The notes under the pieces are model-generated. The model did not search any database, had not been told where the DNA came from, and was given only the letters and a program-made list of their open reading frames with translations. A stretch of DNA of 64,000 nucleotides from Aeromicrobium sp. (GTDB lineage: Bacteria > Actinomycetota > Actinomycetes > Propionibacteriales > Nocardioidaceae). Shown here piece after piece: positions 40,182 to 49,032 of the stretch (its first letter is position 1; every line of letters begins with the position of its first letter). A program made the translations under genes and the position numbers. The DNA lies in the NCBI GenBank assembly GCA_025964895.1, contig JAOPXY010000032.1:2495-66494 (forward strand), in the 5' to 3' direction.

Positions 40182-41357
40182 GTGGCTCGGACACGCAGCA
40201 GGACCCACACGCGGATCGCGCCCCAACGGGTGATCGACGAGCTGCGCGTAGCGATGCCGTGGGTCGTGGCGCGCATCGCGTCCGCGATCCAGGCCGAGGT
40301 GCCGGCTCTCGCCGGTCCGCTGCGCGGTGAGCGGCGCAGGCTCATCGAGGAGGCGGTGCGCGCGGGTATCAGGGAGCTCGCCGACCGCGCCGCTGGCAAG
40401 GCCAGGCCCGACGCCGGCGCCGACGAGCTGTTCCGGCGGCTCGGACATGCCGAGGCGTTCGACGGGGCGACGCTCGACGCGATGCGGGCCGCGTGCGGCA
40501 TCGCGATCCGCGACGTGTGGGGCGAGCTGCACCGCATCGCGCTCGCCGAGGGGCTGCCGACGTGGATCCTGGGGCAGCTCGGCGACGCGCTGTTCGATCA
40601 GGCCGCCCACCTGCTCGACGAGATCGAGGCGGGCCACCGCAGCGGCGTCGAGGAGGCCGCGGCCGACGTCCGTCAGGCGCGGGTGGAGCTGGCCCGCAGG
40701 CTGCTCGTGACCGGTGCGGTCGCGCCGAACGACCGGCTCGTCGAGCGGGCGGACTGGGCGCTGCCCGAGCGCGTGCTGGTGCTGGCCGCCCGCGCGGAGG
40801 GTGCCGATCTTGGCGGCGAGCTGGGTGACGCGCTCGTGCTGGTCGAGCCCACTCACGTGCTGGCGTTGTGCGATGCGCAGTGGCAGGACGACGCGATCAA
40901 GCTGCTGTCGGGAGTCGCGGAAACCGTCGCAATCAGCCTCCCCGTGCCGATCGACGAGGTCCCCGCTGCCGCACACATGGTCGAGCGCGCCCTCGGCCTG
41001 ATCGAGTCAGGCGTGATCCCGCGGGCCGACGTCGTCGACTGCGCCGACCACGAGGTGCTGCTGTGGCTGCACGCCGAACCCACGCTGACCGACCGGCTGG
41101 CGTCGAGGCTGCTGGCACCGCTGGAGCAGATGACTCCGCACCGTCGCCGGGTGCTGGCGCAGACGCTGATGCTGTGGCTCGAGCGCCGAGCCAGCGCGAC
41201 CGTCATCGCCGAACGCCTCGGCGTCCACCCGCAGACGGTGCGTCACCGGATGCGCGCTCTGCAGGCTCTGTTCGGTGAACAGCTGCACGATCCCGAGACC
41301 GCGTTCGCTTTGCTGCTGGCCCTCAAGGCCACCGTGCGGCTGCCCGACCGGCGCTGA
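40182..41357 (+). CDS. PucR/CdaR family regulator 2
   Basis: LAQTLMLWLER...IAERLGVHPQTVRHR HTH; shares DELFRRLGH.EA and VVDC..H...LWLH with regulator 1. Confidence 0.9.
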   Translation: MARTRSRTHTRIAPQRVIDELRVAMPWVVARIASAIQAEVPALAGPLRGERRRLIEEAVRAGIRELADRAAGKARPDAGADELFRRLGHAEAFDGATLDAMRAACGIAIRDVWGELHRIALAEGLPTWILGQLGDALFDQAAHLLDEIEAGHRSGVEEAAADVRQARVELARRLLVTGAVAPNDRLVERADWALPERVLVLAARAEGADLGGELGDALVLVEPTHVLALCDAQWQDDAIKLLSGVAETVAISLPVPIDEVPAAAHMVERALGLIESGVIPRADVVDCADHEVLLWLHAEPTLTDRLASRLLAPLEQMTPHRRRVLAQTLMLWLERRASATVIAERLGVHPQTVRHRMRALQALFGEQLHDPETAFALLLALKATVRLPDRR

Positions 41358-41383
41358 CGGCGATGGGGACTGGGGCGCCGGCG

Positions 41384-42154
41384 TCACGTCTTCTGACGGT
41401 ACCGGGGCCGGCCGCTCGTGTCGGCCAACCGCCACGCGGGCATGTTGATCTCCAGCATGCCCAGCAGCGGGAGGGTCTGCTCGGGATCCGACAGGCGTTC
41501 GCCGAACAGCTCGCGCAGGACCTGCAGCCGTCGCCGGACGGTGTTGGGATGCGTGTCGAGCCGTTCGGCGAGCGCCGGTGCGCTGGCGTGGGTCTTCAGC
41601 CACAGCAGCAGGGTCTCGCCGAGAGTCGCCCGCACGTGCGTGCGCAGGTCGTTGAGCGGAGCCAGCACCTCGACAGCGGTGTGCCTGGCCAGGACAGGGT
41701 CGGCATGCAACCACAGCGCGGGCCCGTGCTGGGCGCACTCGATCACGCCCTGGTCGCCGATTAGCCCGTCGCGGACCAGCTCGAGAGCGCTGAGCGTCCA
41801 GCGGCGAGCACGAGGAACCTCCTCGAGGCACACCGCCCAGGTGACGGCGATCCGGGTGATGTTGGGCGACGCGGCGAGCACCTCGACGAGCCGCCGGGTG
41901 GCCCCTTCCGCGCCCACGACGGTGAGCCGGTCGTCCGACGGCATGACGAGGACGTTCGTTCCCGGCTGTGGCCCCGAGCGGCCGTGGAAGTCCGCCGACA
42001 CCTCGGCGGTGGCGACGACGAGTTCTGCAGGTTCCGTCCAGTCGGCGTGACGCGCGAGCTCGACGATCTCGTGGCGAGGACGTCCGTCCAGCAGGGCCGT
42101 CAGCAGGCGCGCTCGCGGGTCCGGAGAGGCGGGTACGTGGTGGTCGGTGGTCAT
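41384..42154 (-). CDS. PucR/CdaR family regulator 3 (lacks the N-terminal domain)
   Basis: LGETLLLWLKT...LAERLDTHPNTVRRR; 256 aa; GAAGGGGA before the ATG. Confidence 0.85.
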   Translation of the reverse strand: MTTDHHVPASPDPRARLLTALLDGRPRHEIVELARHADWTEPAELVVATAEVSADFHGRSGPQPGTNVLVMPSDDRLTVVGAEGATRRLVEVLAASPNITRIAVTWAVCLEEVPRARRWTLSALELVRDGLIGDQGVIECAQHGPALWLHADPVLARHTAVEVLAPLNDLRTHVRATLGETLLLWLKTHASAPALAERLDTHPNTVRRRLQVLRELFGERLSDPEQTLPLLGMLEINMPAWRLADTSGRPRYRQKT

Positions 42155-42287
42155 GGGACTTCCCCTTCGAGCAGCGGTGCCGAATCGGCAGGGTGGGGGA
42201 CGGATCCCCGCGCTGATCTCATTAGTGGCCCGCTCCGCCGGGCCCGTCCAGCGTGCGAGTGCGCCTCGCGGGTGAGATGGGGAAAAC

Positions 42288-42305
42288 TTGTCACCTAGAT
42301 GATAA
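42288..42305. promoter_or_regulatory. TTGTCAC-N4-GTGACAA-like site
   Basis: TTGTCAC CTAG ATGATAA upstream of regulator 3. Confidence 0.7.
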
Positions 42306-42395
42306 ATTTTGCCCGGACTGGGGCACGCGTCCTGTCGTGGAACATGCGTTCGCAACGGGCGCAGTCCTGTGTTTCGGGCCGGGGAAGCGCCCAAG

Positions 42396-42413
42396 TGGTT
42401 ACCCGCGTGACCA
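42396..42413. promoter_or_regulatory. Variant site TGGTTAC-N4-GTGACCA
   Basis: TGGTTAC CCGC GTGACCA; the variant is symmetric in both half-sites. Confidence 0.45.
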
Positions 42414-42471
42414 TCTGGACTCGAAAAGTCCTCGGATCGGTGATTCGGCTGGACATCGCTCGACCGGGCGG

Positions 42472-42684
42472 CTACTCGCGCAGGAGCTCCAGCGGGGTGA
42501 CCTCGAGGAGCTCCGCGAGCGTCTCGAGCGACTTGAGGCTGATGTTGCGCTCACCCCGCTCGAGGGCGCCGGCGTAGGTCCGGTGGAAGCCCAGGTACTC
42601 GGCGAACTTCTCCTGGCTCAGGCCGAGCGCCTCGCGGCGCTTCTTCAGGTTGCGCCCGAGTGCCTTCTGAAGGTCTCCGCTCAT
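42472..42684 (-). CDS. XRE (HTH_3) regulator resembling R-M controller (C) proteins
   Basis: 70 aa; LSQEKFAEYLGFHRTYAGALERGERNISL. Confidence 0.88.
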   Translation of the reverse strand: MSGDLQKALGRNLKKRREALGLSQEKFAEYLGFHRTYAGALERGERNISLKSLETLAELLEVTPLELLRE

Positions 42685-42702
42685 GGGGACGAGACTGGCT
42701 GA

Positions 42703-42738
42703 TCGCTACTGATCCCTCTACAGACTGATGAGTAGCGA
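42703..42738. promoter_or_regulatory. Inverted repeat upstream of the XRE gene (possible autoregulatory box)
   Basis: TCGCTACT-N20-AGTAGCGA, containing GACT-GATG-AGT. Confidence 0.5.
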
Positions 42739-42801
42739 CCGCGTGGCACGTTCCCATGATGACAGGCTCCTCGCCGGCCTCATTCGGACGCCCGGCAAAT
42801 G

Positions 42802-42819
42802 TTGTGACGCACCTGACAA
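42802..42819. promoter_or_regulatory. TTGTCAC-N4-GTGACAA-like site upstream of the Mce operon
   Basis: TTGTGAC GCAC CTGACAA. Confidence 0.65.
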
Positions 42820-42996
42820 CTAATGGTTACGTTTCTATTAAGCCAGGGGCGACCGATTCCTATCGGTAGCGGCATGGCGCAGGTCACACATACGTTCTCA
42901 CCGCGTGACGCCGGAGCCGCGAGGGGGCGGTTCCGTGCGTCGCGTTCCAGTCAGACCCACCCGGGCGCCAGGCGCCCGCGACGGAAGCGAGAGCCC

Positions 42997-44769
42997 ATGG
43001 GCGGCACAGTCGAGGTCGAAGGCCTCTCGAAGAGCTATGGGCGACAGAACATCTGGCACGACGTCAGCCTGACGTTCCCGCAGGGCGAGATCACAGCGCT
43101 GCTCGGGCCGTCCGGCACCGGCAAGTCGGTGTTCCTCAAGTCCGTCATGGGGCTCGTCGAGCCCGAGGCCGGCACGATCCTGATCGACGGCGAGGACATG
43201 GTGCGCGCCAAGGAGTCCCACCGGCTCGAGATGCGCAAGCGCTTCGGCGTGCTGTTCCAGGACGGCGCGCTGTTCGGCTCGATGAACGTCTACGACAACG
43301 TCGCCTTCCCGCTGCGCGAGCACACCCGCAAGAGCGAGGGCGAGATCCGCCACATCGTCATGGAGAAGCTCGACATGGTCGGCCTCGTCGGCCAGGAGCA
43401 CAAGGTGCCCGGCGAAATCTCCGGCGGCATGAAGAAGCGCGCCGGCCTGGCCCGCTCGCTCGTCACCGATCCCGAGATCATCCTGATCGACGAGCCCGAC
43501 TCGGGCCTCGACCCCGTCCGCACGTCGAACCTCGCGCAGCTGCTCATGGACGTCAACACCGCGACCGACGCGACGATGCTGGTCGTCACCCACAACATCG
43601 AGCTTGCGCGCACGCTGCCGGACAACCTGGGCATGCTCTACCGCCGCGAGCTGGTGATGTTCGGCCCGCGCGAGGAGTTCCTGCTGACCGACCACCCCGT
43701 CGTGTCGCAGTTCATGAGCGGCGACCCGGACGGTCCGATCGGCATGAGCGAGGAGACCGACCACCGGCGCGACGAGCCCGTCCTCGTCGACGACGGGCCC
43801 GAGTACCCCGGCGGCACCGCGCTGATGTCGCGCCACGCCGGTGCCCGGGCGATCGAGGTGCTGCCGCGCCAGCTGGTCGCCCGCTCCGGCGGCGTCCGCG
43901 CGAGTGCCGAGCGGCACCGCGAGCGGGTCACGTCGGGAGGGGCGCCGCTGTACGTCGCCGACGACGACGAGCGTGAGCGAGCACCCTACGTACCACCACG
44001 CGGTGTCGTCACCCGGGCGCTGACCTCGACCGGCGACCTGTTCGCGCTCGCGCTCGACACGGCCCGGCTGACGTTCAAGCGCCCGTTCGCGGTCCGCGAG
44101 GCGATCGAGCAGTTCTGGTTCGTCGTGAGCGTGTCGTGGGTCCCGGCCATCCTCGTCGCGATCCCGTTCGGCGCCGTCATCGCGCTGCAGCTCGGCACGT
44201 TGACGGTGCAGGTGGGCGCGCAGTCGTTCACGGGCGCCGCGAGTGTCCTGGCCGTCATCCAGCAGGCCGCCCCCATCGTCACGACCCTCGTGATCGCCGG
44301 TGCCGGCGGTGCCGCGATCTGCGCCGAGATCGGGTCGCGACGCATCCGCGACGAGATCGACGCCATGAAAGTCATGGGTGTCTCGCCGGTGCAGCGACTC
44401 GTCGTGCCGCGCGTGCTGGCCTGCATCGCGGCGGCCGTGCTGCTCAATGGGCTCGTGTCGGTCGTCGGCGTGCTGGGCGGCTACTTCTTCAACGTCATCG
44501 TGCAGGGCGGCACGCCGGGCGCCTACCTCTCCAGCTTCACGGCTCTGGCGCAGATCTCCGATCTGTACGTCGGCGAGGTCAAGGCGCTGATCTTCGGCTT
44601 CCTGGCGGGCGTCATCGCGTGCTACCGCGGGCTCAACACCGCGCCCGGCCCGAAGGGGGTCGGCGACTCGGTCAACCAGTCGGTCGTCATCACCTTCCTC
44701 CTGCTGTTCTTCGTCAACTTCGTCATCACGACGCTGTACCTGCAGCTCGTGCCTGGCAAGGGAGCCTGA
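42997..44769 (+). CDS. Fused Mce ATPase (Mkl/MceG/MlaF) and YrbE/MlaE permease
   Basis: GPSGTGKS, ISGGMKKR, LIDEPDSGLD, VVTHN, then in the same frame a permease with AEIGSRRIRDEIDAMKVMG...VVPRV. Confidence 0.88.
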   Translation: MGGTVEVEGLSKSYGRQNIWHDVSLTFPQGEITALLGPSGTGKSVFLKSVMGLVEPEAGTILIDGEDMVRAKESHRLEMRKRFGVLFQDGALFGSMNVYDNVAFPLREHTRKSEGEIRHIVMEKLDMVGLVGQEHKVPGEISGGMKKRAGLARSLVTDPEIILIDEPDSGLDPVRTSNLAQLLMDVNTATDATMLVVTHNIELARTLPDNLGMLYRRELVMFGPREEFLLTDHPVVSQFMSGDPDGPIGMSEETDHRRDEPVLVDDGPEYPGGTALMSRHAGARAIEVLPRQLVARSGGVRASAERHRERVTSGGAPLYVADDDERERAPYVPPRGVVTRALTSTGDLFALALDTARLTFKRPFAVREAIEQFWFVVSVSWVPAILVAIPFGAVIALQLGTLTVQVGAQSFTGAASVLAVIQQAAPIVTTLVIAGAGGAAICAEIGSRRIRDEIDAMKVMGVSPVQRLVVPRVLACIAAAVLLNGLVSVVGVLGGYFFNVIVQGGTPGAYLSSFTALAQISDLYVGEVKALIFGFLAGVIACYRGLNTAPGPKGVGDSVNQSVVITFLLLFFVNFVITTLYLQLVPGKGA

Positions 44770-45645
44770 ATGACCGACACGACCCCCCGCCGCCCCCGCA
44801 CGCAGCCGCCCATCGTCGAGCCGCGCGTGTCCCGCTGGTGGGACCGTCCGATCGACCTGCTCGTCGAGAGCGGACGTGACATCCGCTTCTACGGCCGGGT
44901 GCTGCTGTGGATCCCCGCGACGATCAAGCGGTACCCGCGCGACATCGGCCGGCTGCTGTCGGAGGTCAGTTTCGGCTCCGGAGCGCTCGCGGTGATCGGC
45001 GGCACGATCGGCGTCATGCTCGGCATGACGCTGTTCGTCGGCACGGTCGTCGGCATGCAGGGCTACGCGGCGCTCAACCAGATCGGCACCTCGACGCTCA
45101 ACGGCTTCATCTCGGCGTACTTCAACACCCGCGAGATCGCGCCGCTCGTCGCGGCCCTCGCGCTGTCGGCGACCGTCGGCTCCGGCTTCACGGCGCAGCT
45201 GGGCGCGATGCGCATCAACGAGGAGGTCGACGCGCTCGACGTCATGGCGGTGCCCAGCGTGCCGTACCTCGTGACGACCCGCGTCGTGGCCGGCTTCATC
45301 GCGATCATCCCGCTGTACGTCATCGGCCTGCTGACGTCGTACGCCGGCGCCCGCATCGTGACGACCCTCTTCTACGGGCAGTCGGCCGGCACGTACGACC
45401 ACTACTTCAACCTGTTCCTGCCGCCCATCGACATCCTGCTGTCGTTCGCGAAGGTCTTGTTCTTCTCGGTGCTGATCATCCTGATCCACTGCCGCCTGGG
45501 CTTCAAGGCCAGCGGTGGCCCCGCCGGGGTGGGCCTCGCGGTGGGCACGGCCGTCCGTCGCTGCATCGTGTCGGTCGCGGTGCTCGACCTCATCCTCTCG
45601 ATGGCCCTGTGGGGCAGCACCACGACGGTCAGGATCGCCGGATGA
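44770..45645 (+). CDS. YrbE/MlaE permease B
   Basis: FTAQLGAMRINEEVDALDVM; GGPAGVG. Confidence 0.92.
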   Translation: MTDTTPRRPRTQPPIVEPRVSRWWDRPIDLLVESGRDIRFYGRVLLWIPATIKRYPRDIGRLLSEVSFGSGALAVIGGTIGVMLGMTLFVGTVVGMQGYAALNQIGTSTLNGFISAYFNTREIAPLVAALALSATVGSGFTAQLGAMRINEEVDALDVMAVPSVPYLVTTRVVAGFIAIIPLYVIGLLTSYAGARIVTTLFYGQSAGTYDHYFNLFLPPIDILLSFAKVLFFSVLIILIHCRLGFKASGGPAGVGLAVGTAVRRCIVSVAVLDLILSMALWGSTTTVRIAG

Positions 45646-47009
45646 GGCCCGTCCGCCGCTGGCCCGACGCGCTGCTCGGCGTCGGGTACCTCGGGCTGGC
45701 CGCGCTGATCGTGGTCGCCGCCATGCTCGCGTACAACAAGACGTTCGTCGACCGGGCCGACCTGACGCTGCAGACCGGCACGATCGGCAACGCCCTGCAG
45801 AGGGGCTCCGACGTCAAGCTGCACGGCGTGCCCGTCGGCACCGTCACGAAGCTCGAGACCGCCGACGGCGGCGCGACACTGACCCTCGGCATCAAGCCGT
45901 CGACGCTCGACGAGCTGCCCGTCGGCACGACCGCGCGGCTGCTGCCCAAGACGCTGTTCGGTGAGCGGTTCGTCTCGCTCGTAACACCGGACGGTGACAG
46001 CGGCGGAGGTGGCGAGACGCTCGAAGCCGGAGGCACGATCCACCAGGACGTGTCGGATGAGTCCGTCGAGCTCGAGCAGGTCTTCGACGAGCTGCTGCCG
46101 CTGCTGCAGTCGATCAACCCCGACAAGCTCTCGGCGTCGCTCGGCGAGCTGGCCACGATGCTGCGCGGCCAGGGCCGCGCGATCGGCGACAACCTCGCGG
46201 CGTGGAGCGACTACCTCCAGAAGCTCAACCCCAAGGTGCCCGCCATGACCGACGACCTCGCGAAGCTCGCCTCGGTGGCCGGCACCTACAACGAGGCACT
46301 GCCCGATCTGCTCTCGGCGCTCGACACCATGACCACGACGTCAGCCACGCTCGTCGACCAGCGCACCGAGCTCAGCGAGGTGTACGCGACCGTCATCGAG
46401 TCGGCGGACACCAGCCGCGGGTGGGTCACGAAGAACCAGGACACGATCGAGGTGCTCGCCGACGAGAGTCGCACCGCGCTCGAGGCCGCCGCGCCGTATG
46501 CGCGCGAGTTCCCGTGCCTCTTCGATGCCGCCCGCCGGTTCATCCCCGCGATGGACAAGACGCTCGGCGAGGGCACGACCGAGCCCGGCATCCACGTCAA
46601 GCTCAACGTCACCGACTCGCGCGGCAAGTACGTCGCGGGCAAGGACAAGCCGACGTTCACCGGCTCGGGCAAGCCACGGTGCCCGTACGTCACCGGGCGG
46701 ACGGGGACGCAGCCGGCCGGCTCGACGGGCTCGACCTCCTCGTCCTCGACGGCCTCGACGGCCTCGACCGATGATGCGGCTGAGCCGGACGACGAGGGCG
46801 AGCCGGCAGCGATCCCGGCGCCGCCGTCGAACGACCTCGCGCAGGCGACGGCCGCCACGGGCCTCGGCCCGGCCAACTCCGTCGGCGAGAACACGCTCAT
46901 CGCCGAGCTGCTGGCCCCGACCCAGGGTATGGCGCCCCAGGACTACCCGAAGTGGGCGAGCCTCCTCGTGGGGCCGACCCTGCGCAACGCGAAGGTGACG
47001 CTGCAATGA
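45642..47009 (+). CDS. Mce family protein (MceA position)
   Basis: One TM, then MCE domain GSDVKLHGVPVG; KTLFGERFV. Confidence 0.9.
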   Translation: MRPVRRWPDALLGVGYLGLAALIVVAAMLAYNKTFVDRADLTLQTGTIGNALQRGSDVKLHGVPVGTVTKLETADGGATLTLGIKPSTLDELPVGTTARLLPKTLFGERFVSLVTPDGDSGGGGETLEAGGTIHQDVSDESVELEQVFDELLPLLQSINPDKLSASLGELATMLRGQGRAIGDNLAAWSDYLQKLNPKVPAMTDDLAKLASVAGTYNEALPDLLSALDTMTTTSATLVDQRTELSEVYATVIESADTSRGWVTKNQDTIEVLADESRTALEAAAPYAREFPCLFDAARRFIPAMDKTLGEGTTEPGIHVKLNVTDSRGKYVAGKDKPTFTGSGKPRCPYVTGRTGTQPAGSTGSTSSSSTASTASTDDAAEPDDEGEPAAIPAPPSNDLAQATAATGLGPANSVGENTLIAELLAPTQGMAPQDYPKWASLLVGPTLRNAKVTLQ

Positions 47010-48013
47010 CCTCGACCATCGTCAAGAGCCTCCTGTTCACGATCCTCACGATCATGGCGACGGTCGCCCTCGCCGCGACGATCCGCAACAGCAGCGGCAC
47101 CGGCGGCGTGCCGATGTCGGCGGTGTTCACCGACGCGACGAGCCTCAACATCGGCGACGACATCCGCATCGCGGGCGTCAAGGTCGGTACGGTGAACAAG
47201 ATCGAGGTCACCGACAAGCGCCTCGCCAAGGTGTCGTTCACGGTGTCGGACGCCGTCGACCTGAAGCGCGGCACGACCGCCGAGCTGCGGTTCCGCAACC
47301 TCGTCGGCCAGCGGTACATCTCGCTCGAGCCGTCGGACGACGGCGGTCCGGCGCTGACCGCGGGGCACACGTTCGGCGTCGACCAGACGCGACCCGCGCT
47401 CGACCTCACGCTGCTGTTCAACGGCTTCCAGCCGCTGTTCCAGCTGCTCAACCCCGAGGACGTCAACAACCTGAGCGAGCAGATCATCGCCGTGTTCCAG
47501 GGCGAGGGCGCGACGGTCGAGGGGCTGCTGTCGAGCACCGCGAGCCTGACGTCGACGATCGCCGAGAAGGACGAGGTCATCGGCAACCTGATCACGAGCC
47601 TCAGCTCGGTGCTGACCACGGTCAACGCCCGGTCGAGCCAGCTCGACACCACGATCATCACCCTGCAGCGGCTCGTCAGCGGGCTCGCCGAGGACCGCAC
47701 GACGATCGGCAACACGCTCGAGGGCCTCGGCCACCTGACCGACAGCGTCGCGGGCCTGCTCGAGGAGAGTCGTCCACCGCTGAAGAAGTCGATCACGTCG
47801 CTGGGCACCCTGTCGGAGAACCTGTCCAGGAACGAGGTCACCCTCGACAGCTTCCTGAAGCAGCTGCCGGTCAAGCTCGACCGCATCGGTCGCATCGCCA
47901 GCTACGGCTCGTGGTTCAACTTCTATCTGTGCTCGATCGAGGGACGCATCCCGTTGCCCCAGGGCTACAAGGGCGATCTCGGGGTCCAGCCCGTCGCAGG
48001 AAGGTGCCGCTGA
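47006..48013 (+). CDS. Mce family protein (MceB position)
   Basis: GDDIRIAGVKVG, NLVGQRYISL, WFNFYLC. Confidence 0.9.
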   Translation: MTSTIVKSLLFTILTIMATVALAATIRNSSGTGGVPMSAVFTDATSLNIGDDIRIAGVKVGTVNKIEVTDKRLAKVSFTVSDAVDLKRGTTAELRFRNLVGQRYISLEPSDDGGPALTAGHTFGVDQTRPALDLTLLFNGFQPLFQLLNPEDVNNLSEQIIAVFQGEGATVEGLLSSTASLTSTIAEKDEVIGNLITSLSSVLTTVNARSSQLDTTIITLQRLVSGLAEDRTTIGNTLEGLGHLTDSVAGLLEESRPPLKKSITSLGTLSENLSRNEVTLDSFLKQLPVKLDRIGRIASYGSWFNFYLCSIEGRIPLPQGYKGDLGVQPVAGRCR

Positions 48014-49032
48014 TGGCCCGCTACCGCACATCGTTCGCCGAGCGGAACAAGGTCGCCGTCGCACTGACCGGGCTCCTGACCCTCGTGCTGATCTTCGCCG
48101 GAACGTTCTACGCCGACGCCCTGCCCGTCGTGGGCGGGGGCACGATGTACTCCGCCCAGTTCGCCGAGGCCGGCGGGCTCCGCCCCGGCAACGAGGTGCG
48201 CGTCGCCGGCGTCAAGGTCGGCAAGGTCGCCGACATCGGCCTCGACGGCTCCGTCGTCTCGGTGAAGTTCCGGGTCAAGGGCATCGACCTGGGCGACCAG
48301 ACGACCGCGGCGATCAAGGTCAAGACGATGCTGGGCCAGAAGTTCCTGTCCCTCGACCCGCTGGGCCGCGGCACGCTCGACGGACCCATCCCCGTCACCC
48401 GCACCACGACGCCGTACGACGTCAACGCCGCGTTCTCCGACCTGTCCGACACGATCGAGGAGATCGACACCGAGAAGGTCGAGGAGAGCTTCGAGGCGCT
48501 GTCGACCGCGTTCAAGGACACCCCGGAGTCGGTGCGCACCACGATCGAGGGACTCACCGACCTGTCGCGCACGATCTCCAGCCGCGACGACCAACTGGGC
48601 GACCTGCTGGAGTCGACCTCGCAGATCACCGGCACGCTTAAGGACCGCAACGCGGAGTTCGCGAACCTGATCGACGACGGCAGCGCGCTGCTGGGTGAGC
48701 TGGAGAAGCGCCGCACGGCCGTCGAGAGCATGCTCGACGGCACGGCCCGGCTCGGTACCGAGCTCAAGGGACTCGTGAAGGACAACGAGGAGGCACTGCG
48801 TCCGGCCCTCGCGAGGCTCGACGAGCTGTCGGTCATCCTGCAGCGCAACCAGGACAACCTGGACTCCGCGCTCGCCAAGCTCGGCCCCTACTACCGCGTC
48901 GTCACGTCGGCGATGGGCAACGGCAAGTGGGTCGACTCCTACATCTGCAGCCTGTTCGACGCCTCGGGCGCACCCATCCTCGACAACGACGTCGAGCGCA
49001 ACTGCTCGCCGCGCAAGGGAGGCGGACAATGA
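48013..49032 (+). CDS. Mce family protein (MceC position)
   Basis: GNEVRVAGVKVG, KTMLGQKFL. Confidence 0.9.
   Translation: MARYRTSFAERNKVAVALTGLLTLVLIFAGTFYADALPVVGGGTMYSAQFAEAGGLRPGNEVRVAGVKVGKVADIGLDGSVVSVKFRVKGIDLGDQTTAAIKVKTMLGQKFLSLDPLGRGTLDGPIPVTRTTTPYDVNAAFSDLSDTIEEIDTEKVEESFEALSTAFKDTPESVRTTIEGLTDLSRTISSRDDQLGDLLESTSQITGTLKDRNAEFANLIDDGSALLGELEKRRTAVESMLDGTARLGTELKGLVKDNEEALRPALARLDELSVILQRNQDNLDSALAKLGPYYRVVTSAMGNGKWVDSYICSLFDASGAPILDNDVERNCSPRKGGGQ

Noticed and set aside
37155-42819. Reading the 18-bp motif as plain CRP or Rex sites
   Set aside because: Most copies have TGTCA/TGA(C/T)A rather than CRP TGTGA/TCACA or Rex TTGTGAA/TTCACAA. Only the 42802 copy is ambiguous, so this is kept as an alternative, not the call.
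46720-46775. Short CTCGACGG tandem repeats in mceA, and Pro/Ser repeats in mceE (51170-51370)
   Set aside because: They encode low-complexity Ser/Thr/Pro linkers that are common in Mce proteins.
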